A stretch of 63,425 bases of DNA, counting the filler, from Licmophora abbreviata (lineage: Eukaryota): assembly GCA_900291995.1 (NCBI GenBank). It is 4 parts of 4 records of this genome, joined end to end, with 100 filler letters (N's around TTAATTAATTAA, not from the genome) between each part and the next. Parts side by side here need not be neighbours in the genome. Positions count along the whole stretch, not along the records: positions 1 to 26,060 come from OLMU01001162.1; 3 more parts are not named here. One strand, written 5' to 3'. This document shows positions 1-11,453 of this stretch, in pieces; within the stretch, counting starts at the first letter, position 1; the number at the start of each line of letters is the position of its first letter. The translations under genes and the position numbers were made by a program. The notes beneath the pieces were generated by a model. That model did no database searches. It was not told where the DNA came from and was given only the letters and a program-made list of their open reading frames with translations.

Positions 1-182
1 CAGTCATGAACATGACGTCATAAGATACCATACACGGGACTCATTTCAACTTTGGAAATTGGAAATTTGCAGCGCTCCCGTGCTCCATGATCCATGATGG
101 CGAATGGCAATGACCGCCACACGACAACCTGGAAACTGACAACATTCTTACCCCACCGCACCGCTGCCATAGCTTCGTCGCC

Positions 183-2217
183 ATGCCACCATCCACACTG
201 CCGTCGAAAGCGCCACGAGCTAGAAAACGCCGAGGCTCTGCGATACGGACGATTCTAGCGTGTGCAGCGACAGGCGCAATTTGTTTCTATGCCGGAACTC
301 TCTGGGGAATGCAGGCTGGCTGTGCCGCCCACTACGGCAGCAGTACCGAGGGTGTCTCTTCGAAGCTCGAAGAATTGTTGATTTCTGCGTTCGGATCGCC
401 GCAAACAAGGTTTCCTTCCTCTATTTCACGCATGGCGGTCGGGGCGACGCTAGTTTCCAGAAATGATTTCACCAAGACGTTCGACGTGGGTGTGCCCTTC
501 GATCCGTCCGGGCCCGGCAATCAGCAAGTCTTGATTCTTCATAGTACTGAATCAGCGTTGCCAAAGAACGCGACGATTGCCCAACAAGCGAAAGCACTCA
601 ACAGCAGCATTCCGGAGCTCTCCAGTGCCGCAGAAGCGACGGAGAATTGTGACTTCCTCAATGTCATTCTGACCCAGGCGGACGCTCGACGTGCCCAGTG
701 TGTTGCAATACTCGGACAGTATGAATCCTTTCATGTTCAAAAGTTCATGCGACTGCCTCCGGACGAAATGGGAAAGGGTCCTGTAAATCGAAAACTTCCC
801 TTGCGACTCGTGAATCGAGGTGCCCAAGCGAATGGACGCAAGAGTACCAAGCCTCCGACGCAGCAGCAGACGAGAGAGTACTGGAAGCTTCTGAGCACGT
901 ACTTGTCGGCGTTGGATGGTGCGCTCGAAACTTTAAAGCCCATTGCGTCGCGCGTGGCAGAGACGCATCACAATACTGTGACGGTAATGGTATGCAACAT
1001 GGGTCAATCGGAACTCTTGATGAACTTTGCGTGCAATGCGCGTGCCAAACAGTTGGACATGTCGAGCGTTATTGTCTTTGCGACTGACACGGAAACCAAG
1101 ACGCTAGCGGAAGGACTCGGATTGACGGCATTTCACGATGAGTCGGTGAGTAGCAGTGCCACTATGACAACGATGAGAGCATGTCAATGGGTTCGATGTA
1201 CACGTCGCTAACCCCGCTTGGTTCTCCCTCTTGCAGATTTTCGGATCGATGCCCAAGGGCGCCGCCAAACGATATGCCGATAACAATTTCATGAACATGA
1301 GTAAGTGCCATTCATGCGCGAGCCATCGGCGATCGCAATTTAAAGTCGACAATGTTCGCTCACCGCCTCCCTCCGCTCATTTATTTCTTTTCTCGGCAGT
1401 GATGGCAAAAGTGTTTTGCGTGCAGATGGTCATGATGCTCGGCCACGATGTTTTGTTCCAAGATGTGGATGGTGAGTAGGCCAGGTTACATCATAGATGG
1501 CGCGGTCTGCGTTGGCTGCAGCACGGCAGACTCAAACTGCGCTTTCCATATTCGCTCCCCACAGTCGTCTGGTACCGAGACCCTCTTGAATACTTTCACG
1601 ATCGATCGAAATCGGGCAACTTTGACATTTACTTTCAGGACGACGGCAATCACGCACTGTACTACGCGCCGTACAGTGCCAACACAGGCTTCTATTATGT
1701 TCGCAACGACGCTTCTGCCGGTCGCAAGACGCAGTACTTTTTCAATTCCTTCTTGCTGTCCGGCGATTTGATCGTCTCGACGCGAAGTCATCAGATTGCG
1801 TTGATTGCAATATTGAATGAGCATGCAAGCATGTACGGGTTGAATGTGAAGATTCTAAGCCGTGATTCGATTGACTTTCCCGGCGGATATCACTACCATC
1901 GACGGTTTGGCTTTATGAAGGAATTACTACAGGGCAAGGCGTCGTCGTACATGTTTCACATGTCGTGGACACTCAACAAGGAAAACAAAATCAAGTTCTT
2001 TCAGCAAATGGGTGAATTCTATTTACAGGACAAGTGTGTCGGCAAGACGGCCGAAAGAATACTAGGCGCAAGGGGTTCCGTCGTTGCCCACGGCAGTCTC
2101 GTCCAACCGTGTTGTTCGATGGAATCGCTCATTACCTGCCACTTTCGCGACAAGCCGAGCAAGAATCCGTGCAAAGACAGCCCGTCGCTCGACAAAAATC
2201 GGCCCTCGTTTTGGTAA
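183..2217 (+). CDS. Nucleotide-diphospho-sugar transferase (GT77-like), type II membrane protein; exons 183-1145, 1237-1300, 1400-1471, 1565-2217
   Basis: GT-AG introns at 1146-1236, 1301-1399 and 1472-1564 join the frames into ...HDVLFQDVDVVWYRDPLEYF...FQDDG...ANTGFYYVR...FPGG...HMSWT (DxD motif). N-terminal TM anchor present. Confidence 0.85.
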
Positions 2218-2238
2218 AATGAAGTAGGGTGAATCCAG

Positions 2239-3780
2239 TCAAGAGTCAGCCCTTTGAGAATTGTAGTTGTATTGCATCATCTTGTGCACGCGCTCGACTC
2301 GAACATTGAAGCAGGGGTGCGTCATGGCCACACGGCTGTGGGTAGCATGACCATATGCCATCGAGCCACAGTGTTGCGAGACGGAAAGGCCTGATAGGTT
2401 GTAGCATGAATGATAAAAGTCGCGTGGCTTGGACGGCTTATCGCGCAGTCCACCCTGCACGTCTTGGGCACACAACAGAATGTATCGCTGCAGCATGCCT
2501 TCGTCAAACAGTAGCGGCACGTCTCGCTGTTGTTGTTGGTTCTCTGGTGGCGACGAGGAATGCGACGCTGACATGGTCAACCATGGATCACCACCGCCAT
2601 CTTTCCCATACTGCGCACTGACAATGGCAAGCGCCCCGCCTTGCCAGAAGCTATAACATCCATCCACCAACTTGTTGTTTCGCCCTTGAAATCCACCTTC
2701 GTACGCCATTTGTCGACGTACCAACCACCCTCGCAGTGCCGGCAGATCAATTGTATTGGCGAGCGTTGTAGCACATTGGTTCGATGATGATAGCAAATGC
2801 AAGGCTGCCACGGCACAATATGTATATCCGCCATGCGCCTCGCTCCATGGTTCGCCTCCAAAGCCGCCCTCGTAGGTTTGACAACTTGCGACGAATCGAG
2901 TCATCTTATCGCACAGTAACTCGGATGTCCCAATACGAAGCAACTCGGCACATGCCATCATGCAATAGGTGGCCCGGACATCCACTTCACCGTCGTGGTG
3001 CATCCGAAAGGCCCCTGTGGAAGTTTGTTTCAACGAATGAAACCAGACATACAGCGCCAACCGAATTTCCTCGAGTAGTTGGAATGCCAGTCGCGACGAC
3101 GAATCGGACAAAGATGATGATGACGACGATGAGGAAACGTCTGAAGTTGCAAGGATTGTCAAACTCAGTACAGCTGCATATGTGGTGGCGAGATGTGCCA
3201 TCTGGCCCGGGCCGCCACCAAAGCCGCCAGCTGGGAATGTCGTGGTCGTTTTCTCGTGGCGGTGTAGATCACCCGCAAGCAATGGATCATCCTGGATACC
3301 GAGGTCATCTACTGACAGCTCCAACGGTTGCCAGCATGCTCGCAGCGTGTACACGATACCGCATAGCACGTCCTCATTCTTGGGCAGTCGATCCATCAAG
3401 TCGAGACTGTGCAGACACCAGTAGATCATCCACGGTCGACTACTGTCGAGACTGACAAAAGACGACTTGAGTTTGGAAGTGAGCGACAAGGACCGTGCTG
3501 AAAGATAGTGTTGATGCTTGTCGTAGATCAAGGATACATCCAGACTGCCCTCATTGTTGTCGTTGTCGTCGTGATCATGGGCAGTTCTCGGTACCTCCCG
3601 TGTCACCGCTGGTGGTAATAAGCCGACTTGTCGCAGGTGCTGGACTTGGTCGGATTTGAGGGACGCAAGGTCGACAAAGAAGGGCTGACACTCCAGTTCC
3701 GTATCATGCTGCAGCTCCGTTGACTCCGATTCAATGAGAAAAGGCGGTTCGTTCGGACGATGATCGTTGGATCGTTGCAT
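2239..3780 (-). CDS. FNTB: Protein farnesyltransferase beta subunit
   Basis: LDSSRPWMIYWCLHSL, GGFGGGPGQMAHLATTYAAV, GEVDVRATYC, EAHGGYTYC, NKLVDGCYSFW, DKPSKPRDFYHSCYNLSGLS prenyltransferase motifs. Confidence 0.95.
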   Translation of the reverse strand: MQRSNDHRPNEPPFLIESESTELQHDTELECQPFFVDLASLKSDQVQHLRQVGLLPPAVTREVPRTAHDHDDNDNNEGSLDVSLIYDKHQHYLSARSLSLTSKLKSSFVSLDSSRPWMIYWCLHSLDLMDRLPKNEDVLCGIVYTLRACWQPLELSVDDLGIQDDPLLAGDLHRHEKTTTTFPAGGFGGGPGQMAHLATTYAAVLSLTILATSDVSSSSSSSSLSDSSSRLAFQLLEEIRLALYVWFHSLKQTSTGAFRMHHDGEVDVRATYCMMACAELLRIGTSELLCDKMTRFVASCQTYEGGFGGEPWSEAHGGYTYCAVAALHLLSSSNQCATTLANTIDLPALRGWLVRRQMAYEGGFQGRNNKLVDGCYSFWQGGALAIVSAQYGKDGGGDPWLTMSASHSSSPPENQQQQRDVPLLFDEGMLQRYILLCAQDVQGGLRDKPSKPRDFYHSCYNLSGLSVSQHCGSMAYGHATHSRVAMTHPCFNVRVERVHKMMQYNYNSQRADS

Positions 3781-4184
3781 GACAGTGCGGTGGATCTCTT
3801 GGTGGTGGCGTCTTTTCTTGAGATTTCAATTTCTCGCCAGACACTGGGCAGAATTCAACCAAACTGAAACTTGGAGCCCTTGATGGATATTGAGAGAGAA
3901 CAGAGGACTGGACTGTCCTCAAGAAGCGACAAGAGACTCACAATATCAACCTTCCTGCTGTGGCCACACCGCAGCGCGTGTGTGATGTCGACGCCGTCGT
4001 GCTTCGCAGCATGTGTAAGAGCTCGTATCGCTCGAAAGAGCTCGCCGCTCAGCGCGCCATAAATTTTTAGGGCCGACACGCACGACCATGAGGACCAGGA
4101 TCAAAGTGTGCGACGAGGGCCTGAGAAAAGATCGCGACGAAGAAAAAGCACTCTCATCATCGTTCGTTAGCCTAGTATAAAATC

Positions 4185-5321
4185 ATGTCTTCTGGAATAA
4201 CCAAGAGTGCTCGGGGGCGAAAGCGCAAGGCGCCGTCGCGTCAGCAAGAGAAATTAAAAAGTGAAACCGAAGCATGGCAGGAGGAGCCTACTGTGGCCAC
4301 CACTCTTGCCGGTACACGTAGCACAGACGAGTCAGCCAATAAAGACACTCTCGGTCTGCTGGCATCACGCGATGCGCTCAGCTCGCTCACAGTACAGACC
4401 GGTCACGAGATGGCGACCGGATCCAGTGCCAACCACGACATCAACAACAACAACAAAGTTCCTTCTTCCTACGTGACGCCATCCACGGCTTCGTCGGCCA
4501 TGTCGCAACAGCATGCCTCCTTCTTTTCTGATGAGACACCCACTGCCATGACTCAGCAGCAGCAGCAGCAAGAAACGACGAGTGACCAGCACGTACCGGT
4601 AGGGGGAAGAGACTCATTATTATCATTGTCGTCACCACAGGGCGGCAAACTTCCTATTGATATTCCAGCGGATCTGGCCGGAGTCCCCTGGGAGACCATC
4701 GAGCAGCTCATGGGGACGCGCAACGATCTACTACGGGGCGTGACTGCGAACTCTCGGCCGACTGATGCCCATGGAGGGACGACGGAAGTCGCATTGCCGC
4801 CAGACGACGAGAATCGATACGGCAATGTAAGGTCTGCGTCAGGCATCCAAAACGTATCTACCAGCAGTACGACAACCATACAACAACAACATGCCGAGGC
4901 AGTTCGTCATGTCGGACAAGGAGTCGCACGAGGAGAAACGCCGAGGCGCCCATTGTCCGACCTACTTGATGCACCTTCTTCTTCTTCTTCTAGACCAGAG
5001 AAAATGCACAAAGAGCGCGTGGCTGATCATGTCGCAGCTGCAGAGTACGTTGGAACATCGACTGCCACTCCGCGTCGGCTCGAAGCTTCGTCCACGCCTT
5101 CCAGCGGACAGTTGCGAAAGCAACGAAAGCTCATGCCCTCTCTCGATGAACTCTTAGAAGGACAACAAGCAGCAGTGGCAGCACCGCACATTCCCCTCAA
5201 TCCAAAGCAACTGCCCTCTCGTTTGGGTCTGCGTAGGGAGAGCAGTAGCAGCAGTGAGAGTGCTACACATGCGCCGAGTGGGAGAAAACGAGGAGCAAAA
5301 AAGACAAGGAGTAGAAAATAG
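4185..5321 (+). CDS. Hypothetical low-complexity, probably disordered protein with basic NLS-like ends
   Basis: 378-aa ATG ORF rich in S/T/Q; RGRKRK at the N-terminus and RKRGAKKTRSRK at the C-terminus; no recognisable domain. Confidence 0.55.
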   Translation: MSSGITKSARGRKRKAPSRQQEKLKSETEAWQEEPTVATTLAGTRSTDESANKDTLGLLASRDALSSLTVQTGHEMATGSSANHDINNNNKVPSSYVTPSTASSAMSQQHASFFSDETPTAMTQQQQQQETTSDQHVPVGGRDSLLSLSSPQGGKLPIDIPADLAGVPWETIEQLMGTRNDLLRGVTANSRPTDAHGGTTEVALPPDDENRYGNVRSASGIQNVSTSSTTTIQQQHAEAVRHVGQGVARGETPRRPLSDLLDAPSSSSSRPEKMHKERVADHVAAAEYVGTSTATPRRLEASSTPSSGQLRKQRKLMPSLDELLEGQQAAVAAPHIPLNPKQLPSRLGLRRESSSSSESATHAPSGRKRGAKKTRSRK

Positions 5322-5361
5322 CTGTTATATAGCATAACGAACTTCAAGGCGACACGACTTC

Positions 5362-6532
5362 CTACTTGCATTTAGTTGTGTTGCCGTTTAGTATCCAAAC
5401 AAAATCACAGGCCCCTCGCGGACCGCGCTGCGGGTGTTTCCACTCATACCAGTCACTCGTATTCAGGGGCAGTAGCTCGTACTCACGTTCGGTCGTTGTT
5501 TTCTCCACGAACAAGTACGGTAGCAGACCTTTACTCAAGAAAAGTAGAAAAACTGATCTCTGTCGCTGCAAAGCTTTTCGAGTCGTGGTCGCGATAGTTC
5601 GGTAGTCGCAGACACAACATTCAGTTGTTCTATGACCTGTCGCCCACCGAGCACAGCATCACATTCCAAACCCTCAACGTAAGCAATCTTTGGGAATGAC
5701 GGGTTGAGTTTTGTATTTGGAAAAGACATCACTCAATGGTTCCAGCGTCATACTCGTGGTGCTTTTATCACTTAGAAATCCTCTTGTGTGCTGCTTTGGC
5801 ACGTGCGAACTCGTTCGAATCGCCCCCTTGTTGTATTGACCCTTGGTATGTTGAAAGTACGATCATTGGTTGTCGGTACTCCCCAGTGCGACGGGAAACA
5901 CATGAATGGTGGACTACAGTGTTGGTGGGTTCAAAAGTTCACTCAAAAAGAGTCGCTCCAAGTTTTCATAAACTGGTTCAAAGGCATAGACCGAATGATT
6001 TAGCGCAGCGGCCTGCAAGGAAAACAAGCCGAGATTGGCACCAACGTCTACCAAGATCGATTCATGTCCGTACTTCTCCAGCACGATCATGAAGTACTTC
6101 CGAAGGGAGCAATCGTTGTAATCGTGTCTTCGGATGACTGTCGACATGGGTTCGAGTCCGCGATGGAGTGCCATGGTGAATGTACTTGAGTTGGTGGTAT
6201 TGCGGCCTATCGTGACCAACTCTTGTCGCAAGGGAATTTGGGTAGTGGCACAGCGCAAAAGTCGACAATCTTGCATGTTGGAGTAGCAGCTGTGGAGATG
6301 GGCTGTGCTTCTTAGTAGAAGTAGTATCGCTTGCAGCCAAGAGACGTCTGACGCCAACACCATCGTCCATGCCTCGTCGCTGCAGGGTCGTCGTAAAGAC
6401 CTGTACATTCAAGAATGCCAGTCCCAACGCAGTCAGTATGACCGCCGCGTACAGATAGATCCATGTTGTTGACTTTTGGATCTTTCAGTGACGAGAAGGG
6501 TTATTGCTGTGATGTGGGCGTCTTTGTGGCAT
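5362..6532 (-). pseudogene. Decayed FkbM-family SAM-dependent methyltransferase (type II membrane)
   Basis: From ATG 6532: MPQRR...RH*KIQKSTTWIYLYAAVILTALGLAFL (TM), then ILVDVGANLGLFSLQAAALNHSVYAFEP, *STIHVFPVALG, KIAYVEGLECDAVLGG and WKH..DFVW. In-frame stops at 6485-6487, 5914-5916 and 5863-5865, plus about 3 frameshifts. Confidence 0.8.
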
Positions 6533-6792
6533 CCTCTGAAGAGATGAAGATGAGGTGTGTCGTCGTGATCAAATTTCGAAATTGTGAGCGGGTGATGTCC
6601 TCTAAATGATAGTTTGTAGGGCCTCTTTGACACTGCTTTTCAATAAGAGGGTCATTTAGAGGTCATCCAAGTGAACGTGCCCGCGAACCGTGCAGCCCAG
6701 CAAGCACGCACGGTGCTGTCATTGTATGATGGAGTACGAAGTTTCAAGTTCAGTTTGGAAAAACCAGGGAACTTTCATTCTCATTTCCAACC

Positions 6793-7119
6793 ATGTTGCA
6801 TCGCCACGCTGTCGACGAGGAGACTAGCAGCTCCAGGATGATCGAAGAGCCTACAACGGTCGATTACAAGAACATGCCCGCGAATGGCGGCGAACCGGAC
6901 TCGCTCGTCGTCACGAACAGGCCTCAGAGCGAGTCACACACGCGCAGCTTGCTCAAAGGCATCAGCTGGCGTCTTGTGGCGACTTCCACAACGGTGGTCA
7001 TCAGCTACTTTGTGACAGGAGAGGTGTATACGGCTCTTCGTATTGGGTTCATCGAGAGCATCTTGAAGATCTTTATTTATTATGTGCACGAGCGAATCTG
7101 GGCCAAGCTTCGAGTGTAA
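6793..7119 (+). CDS. DUF2061-like small membrane protein
   Basis: ESHTRSLLKGISWRLVAT...TGE...A..IG..E...KIFIYYVHERIW signature. Confidence 0.85.
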   Translation: MLHRHAVDEETSSSRMIEEPTTVDYKNMPANGGEPDSLVVTNRPQSESHTRSLLKGISWRLVATSTTVVISYFVTGEVYTALRIGFIESILKIFIYYVHERIWAKLRV

Positions 7120-7327
7120 AACGCGAGCAGCACGATGACGGATGCCGATGCTCTACCACGAGTAGACCTACCTTTACCTTTCTGTGTTGTTTAATTCAAG
7201 CAGAAAGTAGCCAGCTACAGAGCCATACCTTGCATTTCTAAACGTAGACTACTACTGTCAAGATCGATCCATCTTTGCTTATTACATATCTCTCCTACTC
7301 ATAACATCCACAGCACGGCTCGTCTGT

Positions 7328-8204
7328 TTACCCCTGCTTAGCTTCAACACCTTCCTTTTCCAATTCTTCCAGGTGCACGTACGTGTTTCCAATCGGTAGG
7401 AACTCTACGAGATGCTCTTGTGCCTGCGCTGCAATCTTTTCTGCCTTGGTTTGAATGCTCCCCACCTCGTCTTCGGTAAGTTCGCTAATGAATGTTGCTG
7501 GATTGCCGCCCCACTTTTGACCACTGGGGATGCGTGCATACGGGGGCACTACCGTACCAGGCTCCAAGATGACATGCGACTCCACCAAAGCACCTTCATT
7601 GATCGTGCATTTGTCTCCAAGCACAACCAAGTCTTCCACGCGGCATGAAATCAACACACTGCCCGCCCCGACACTGACGTAGTGTCCCACGTGTGTAATC
7701 GGCGGAAATCCACTTTGCAGAGAGGTAATGGTCTTTGGAAGCGTCGTCACTACGCTCCCGTCTTGAATATTGCTACTGAACCCAATTGTAATACTGTGCT
7801 CGCTGTCTGCTCGTACAACACTGCCATACCAGACGCTACTTTCGTCCCAATTCGTGACATTTCCGATAATGCTAGCGGACGGAGCTACGAACGTGTCGTT
7901 CGTTTTGAACGGCTTGTGCACTCCAAACCGCATAAGAGGACGGTGTCTAGTGAAAATCTAAAGCACAGAAAGAGCAGGCAGGGGCGAGAGCAATGAGCAA
8001 AGGGCACGGAACGAGAGAGAGACGTCTCTTGGACCCCACCCTGCCATCCACCACACGTAGAAGTCACGTAGGACCCAGTAGTCAACACGCCGCGCGACAC
8101 ACCTCCATTCCAGAACCTTCCTTCAAGGCCGCACCAGCTTCTCGCAAGGCCCGACCCATGGTCGCTTTGAGAGATGTACTGAACGCTCGCGTTGCGCCAC
8201 TCAT
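7328..8204 (-). CDS. Gamma carbonic anhydrase-like protein (left-handed beta-helix), probable mitochondrial complex I CA-domain subunit; exons 8204-8103, 7957-7328
   Basis: Intron 7958-8102 gives MSGATRAFSTSLKATMGRALREAGAAL..E|IFTRHRPLM; FVAPSASIIGNV, SVWYGSVVRAD, NIQDG, IPSGQKWGGNPA. Confidence 0.88.
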
Positions 8205-8527
8205 GGTTGCTGTAGGAAGAGAATAAATGAGGTAAAGGCGACTCGACTCGACTCGACGATCTTCATCTGCCAAAGTGCGTCGATTCGTTGTGCGCGGGTA
8301 AGAAGCTAGAAAATTCAAGGAGAGATTCCTGATTCCTTCAACAGTTCAGTAGACAGTCATCACTCGAACTTTCGAACTTGGTTCAACAGTCACTCATCGT
8401 GTTCGATAAGCCTCTCTCTCGAGGTGCGCGACTACTCAGTTTACGCCCATGCAGAGTGTGAGCACAGTGCTACTCTACAACAACCATGTAAACCCCAAGT
8501 TCTTTTTACATGTTAGTTAGAGTTAAA

Positions 8528-9534
8528 CTACGCACTAGTAGGACCATAGATCTTCTTTTCACGGTCATCAGCGCCTAGAATAATAGAGTTGCGCTTGAGC
8601 AACATCTTCATTGGGCTAATATGCTGCTGTTCGTCCGATAGTATTGTAGTTGCATCTGCCTCTCCAAGAGCCAGCGCAAACAGTCTAGAGGATCTATGTA
8701 GTTGACATAGCATATGGCAATTGATACGGTGTGTGAGCGACGGATCGTTGGTTCACCATACGAACATTCTTGTGAGTATACGATGAGTACTACTTGACAC
8801 ACGCACCTTGACAATCGCTCGGAACGAATTCGAAGTGCCTCCGCCCGTGTATGCCAGGACAAACTCGGGTCCATTTTGTCTTGGATCCCGACAACAAGAC
8901 GAATTGCATTAATCTTGCGTTCTTGTCGGTCCCTTGCCATACGTGGCATGCACCATCGTTCCAAACCACGTCGACAAATTCCAACGGCGGCCCAGTGCTG
9001 TAACGAGCGTTTGTCGGTATCGGAGAGTTGAATGGCATCCTTCTTTTCGGAGGATCGAAGTTGACTACAACAAGCTGCGTACGCTCGCAGCATTATACTG
9101 CTGTAACTGCTCCTGCTGTGATTGGCAGACTGTCTTCGTCGGACTTCTCTGCCAATCAACTTCGCAGTGCTCTTGAAGTGGTCGTAGTCATCTTCGTTCC
9201 ACCAGATTTGGGACTTTTCGGTGTCCGACATGAGGGAAGCAGGTGTCATGGAAGCAATGTAGAATGTGACATTCTTCTCTTCATTGATTCTTATCCGTCG
9301 CTTCTGCTGTTTGCGAGAGTTGCTGGTTTCTCTTGCTTCCTCTTCTTCTTCGAAAGTACACGGCGTGATCGGTCTCGGGGAATCTTCGGAAAATTTCTTT
9401 GCGCTTGAGGTTGTCGATCTGGACGAGGCAGACCCATCATCTTGGTCCTGTGCTATGCTAATCTCCAATGCCTCTTTCTCTTGTGCTATTCCCAGACCGG
9501 AGAGCGACTGAAGCGCCGTCGATGGACAGTGCAT
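8528..9534 (-). CDS. Conserved diatom-type hypothetical protein; exons 9534-8807, 8693-8528
   Basis: IWWNEDDY, RRGLE and, after intron 8694-8806 (GTGCGT...TAG), RSSRLFALALGEADA. I recognise this motif set from an expanded family of diatom hypothetical proteins. The start could be further upstream (9603). Confidence 0.7.
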
Positions 9535-10293
9535 GGTCACAGTTGTTGTAATCGAATTTGGCGGGGAAATGTTGCTGCTGGTTTCGAAAGAGCCCAATAT
9601 CAAATCTCAGACACTGAATGATGAAAATATAATTATCAGGGTCATAGAAGTGGTCTTGTAGAACAAATATTATTGTGAGAGATAGGTCATTATGGTCATT
9701 CCAACGAGTCATCTATCGTAGGGCCATTGTCTATGGAACGGGGCGGTTGAGGTTGACTGACTGACTCCTGCTTTCCACGAAGTTGTGCTGCATCATCGGA
9801 AGCGGACGCATGACGGTATCATAGTCTAGGGACACTTCAGTAATTGCGCGCCCAGAGTCGCCCAGTCTCATCTACTGTAACGACGTAACGACGCTCCGGT
9901 GCTAATTATACTACTTGTAGCCTATCCGGAGGAGATTTGAAGGAAAACAATCGAACGTCATGCATCCCGGTATTGGTCAGGGCGTGTCCTATACCTTTTT
10001 CTCCGCGCACTATACAGTCCACTGCCTCAATGCAGAAAGGTGTACTTTATACGTAATGGATTAGTGCTAGCTATTGTAGCTACAGCGGATGTCATATTCA
10101 ACTTTCGTATACTGTCTGTAAGCCAGATATTCCGACCGACCAACAGGGTGCTAGAACCAGAACTGTTGCACTATTACTAGAGAGAGGGACCTAATCAGGC
10201 TCACGCGCACCAAGTCTATACCAAAGAAGAAGGAATGCCCAGTGGGCGGCACCTCCGCACTGGTTCGAAATCCCTACAGTATTATCACTCTCG

Positions 10294-10971
10294 TCATGAT
10301 TTCCTTGGTTTCCGCCTCCGTCTCAGAACTCCAATAGAATCATCTCTCTTTTTTACTTCGCCCGACTCCAATCTCAACATACTCGTTCCATCTCCTCCAC
10401 TCTTGACGGCATTCGCCACCATCGTTGCCAACTGCCACATCCCACCATCGCGTGTCAGGCCATCGTTGCCCACCTCTTCGGTCATTTCCGCAACTTCCTT
10501 CATGGTCTGTGGATCCATATCAACCTGAAACGGATTCTCATGCCCCGTCTCCCGCTTGAACCATGAATCAAAGTCGCCCATGGCCTCAGCTTCTTCTTGC
10601 AGTAATATTTCTCCATCTGGTCCTTCTACTAGCAACTCGAATGCACGACGGGCTTGAATAAAGATGTCTCGTAGCTCGTCGCGCTCTTCTTCCGTCGAGA
10701 CAGTCGCCGTATCCGGGTGATTGGACATGGCGATTTTCAGAAATTTGGATTTGACCTTTTTGTAGGGATCCGTCTCTTTGACACCGAGAATTAAAAAGGG
10801 ATCATCTTTCCGGTTGAATTTCTTCCGCTTGTTACTCGACGTTGCGAGTGAACGACGAGGCGAGAGATTTGCCAGGGGGAAATCGACAATTCGATCCGGC
10901 CATGGTACACCGGCGTATCTGCTGCTTCTTGCAGTGCAAGATATGAAAGACCGTCTTGCAAGCAAATTCAT
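10294..10971 (-). CDS. DnaJ (J-domain) protein with probable mitochondrial presequence
   Basis: DPFLILGV...KVKSKFLKIAMSNHPD...FIQARRAFELL; R/S-rich, acid-poor N-terminus. Confidence 0.85.
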   Translation of the reverse strand: MNLLARRSFISCTARSSRYAGVPWPDRIVDFPLANLSPRRSLATSSNKRKKFNRKDDPFLILGVKETDPYKKVKSKFLKIAMSNHPDTATVSTEEERDELRDIFIQARRAFELLVEGPDGEILLQEEAEAMGDFDSWFKRETGHENPFQVDMDPQTMKEVAEMTEEVGNDGLTRDGGMWQLATMVANAVKSGGDGTSMLRLESGEVKKRDDSIGVLRRRRKPRKS

Positions 10972-11453
10972 ATTGCTCTTCTTCTTTCACCCACCAGCGG
11001 CCATCCCAGATGGGTTGAGATCTTGCGGCAGGAACGAAAGACGAACTGCATGCTTACACGGTGTATTGTCGGCGGTCGGAGGACGACGAAGGTCGCCGTA
11101 TCACAGTTTCGACGACCGACGGACTGACTGTCGCGCCATTTAGAAGGAACATTGAAGTATTAAACGCTGTATACATATAGAACAAATGTCATCAGGCCCA
11201 ACGCATTTTCCAACGGGTGGCCACCGAAATGTCCCATGAGTTTCATTTTTCATGACTGCCGCATCACAAAAGTTGCCGTTGTTCACGAAGCGCATTTCCC
11301 TGTTTTCCGTGACCGTTGTAGAGAGAGAGAGAGAGTGGAGGCTTCAAGTCTTTAGACACTTGAAAAGAAGACACATTTCGACGTCGTCGTTGTCCTGGCT
11401 GTTCAATTTCGAGTTTGATTTCTCGCCAATATTGAGGAAGTCTGGCACGACTG

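Noticed and set aside
5863..6487. In-frame TGA/TAG read as stop-codon recoding or selenocysteine
   Set aside because: They co-occur with frameshifts, and other genes in the window use standard stops; pseudogenisation is simpler.
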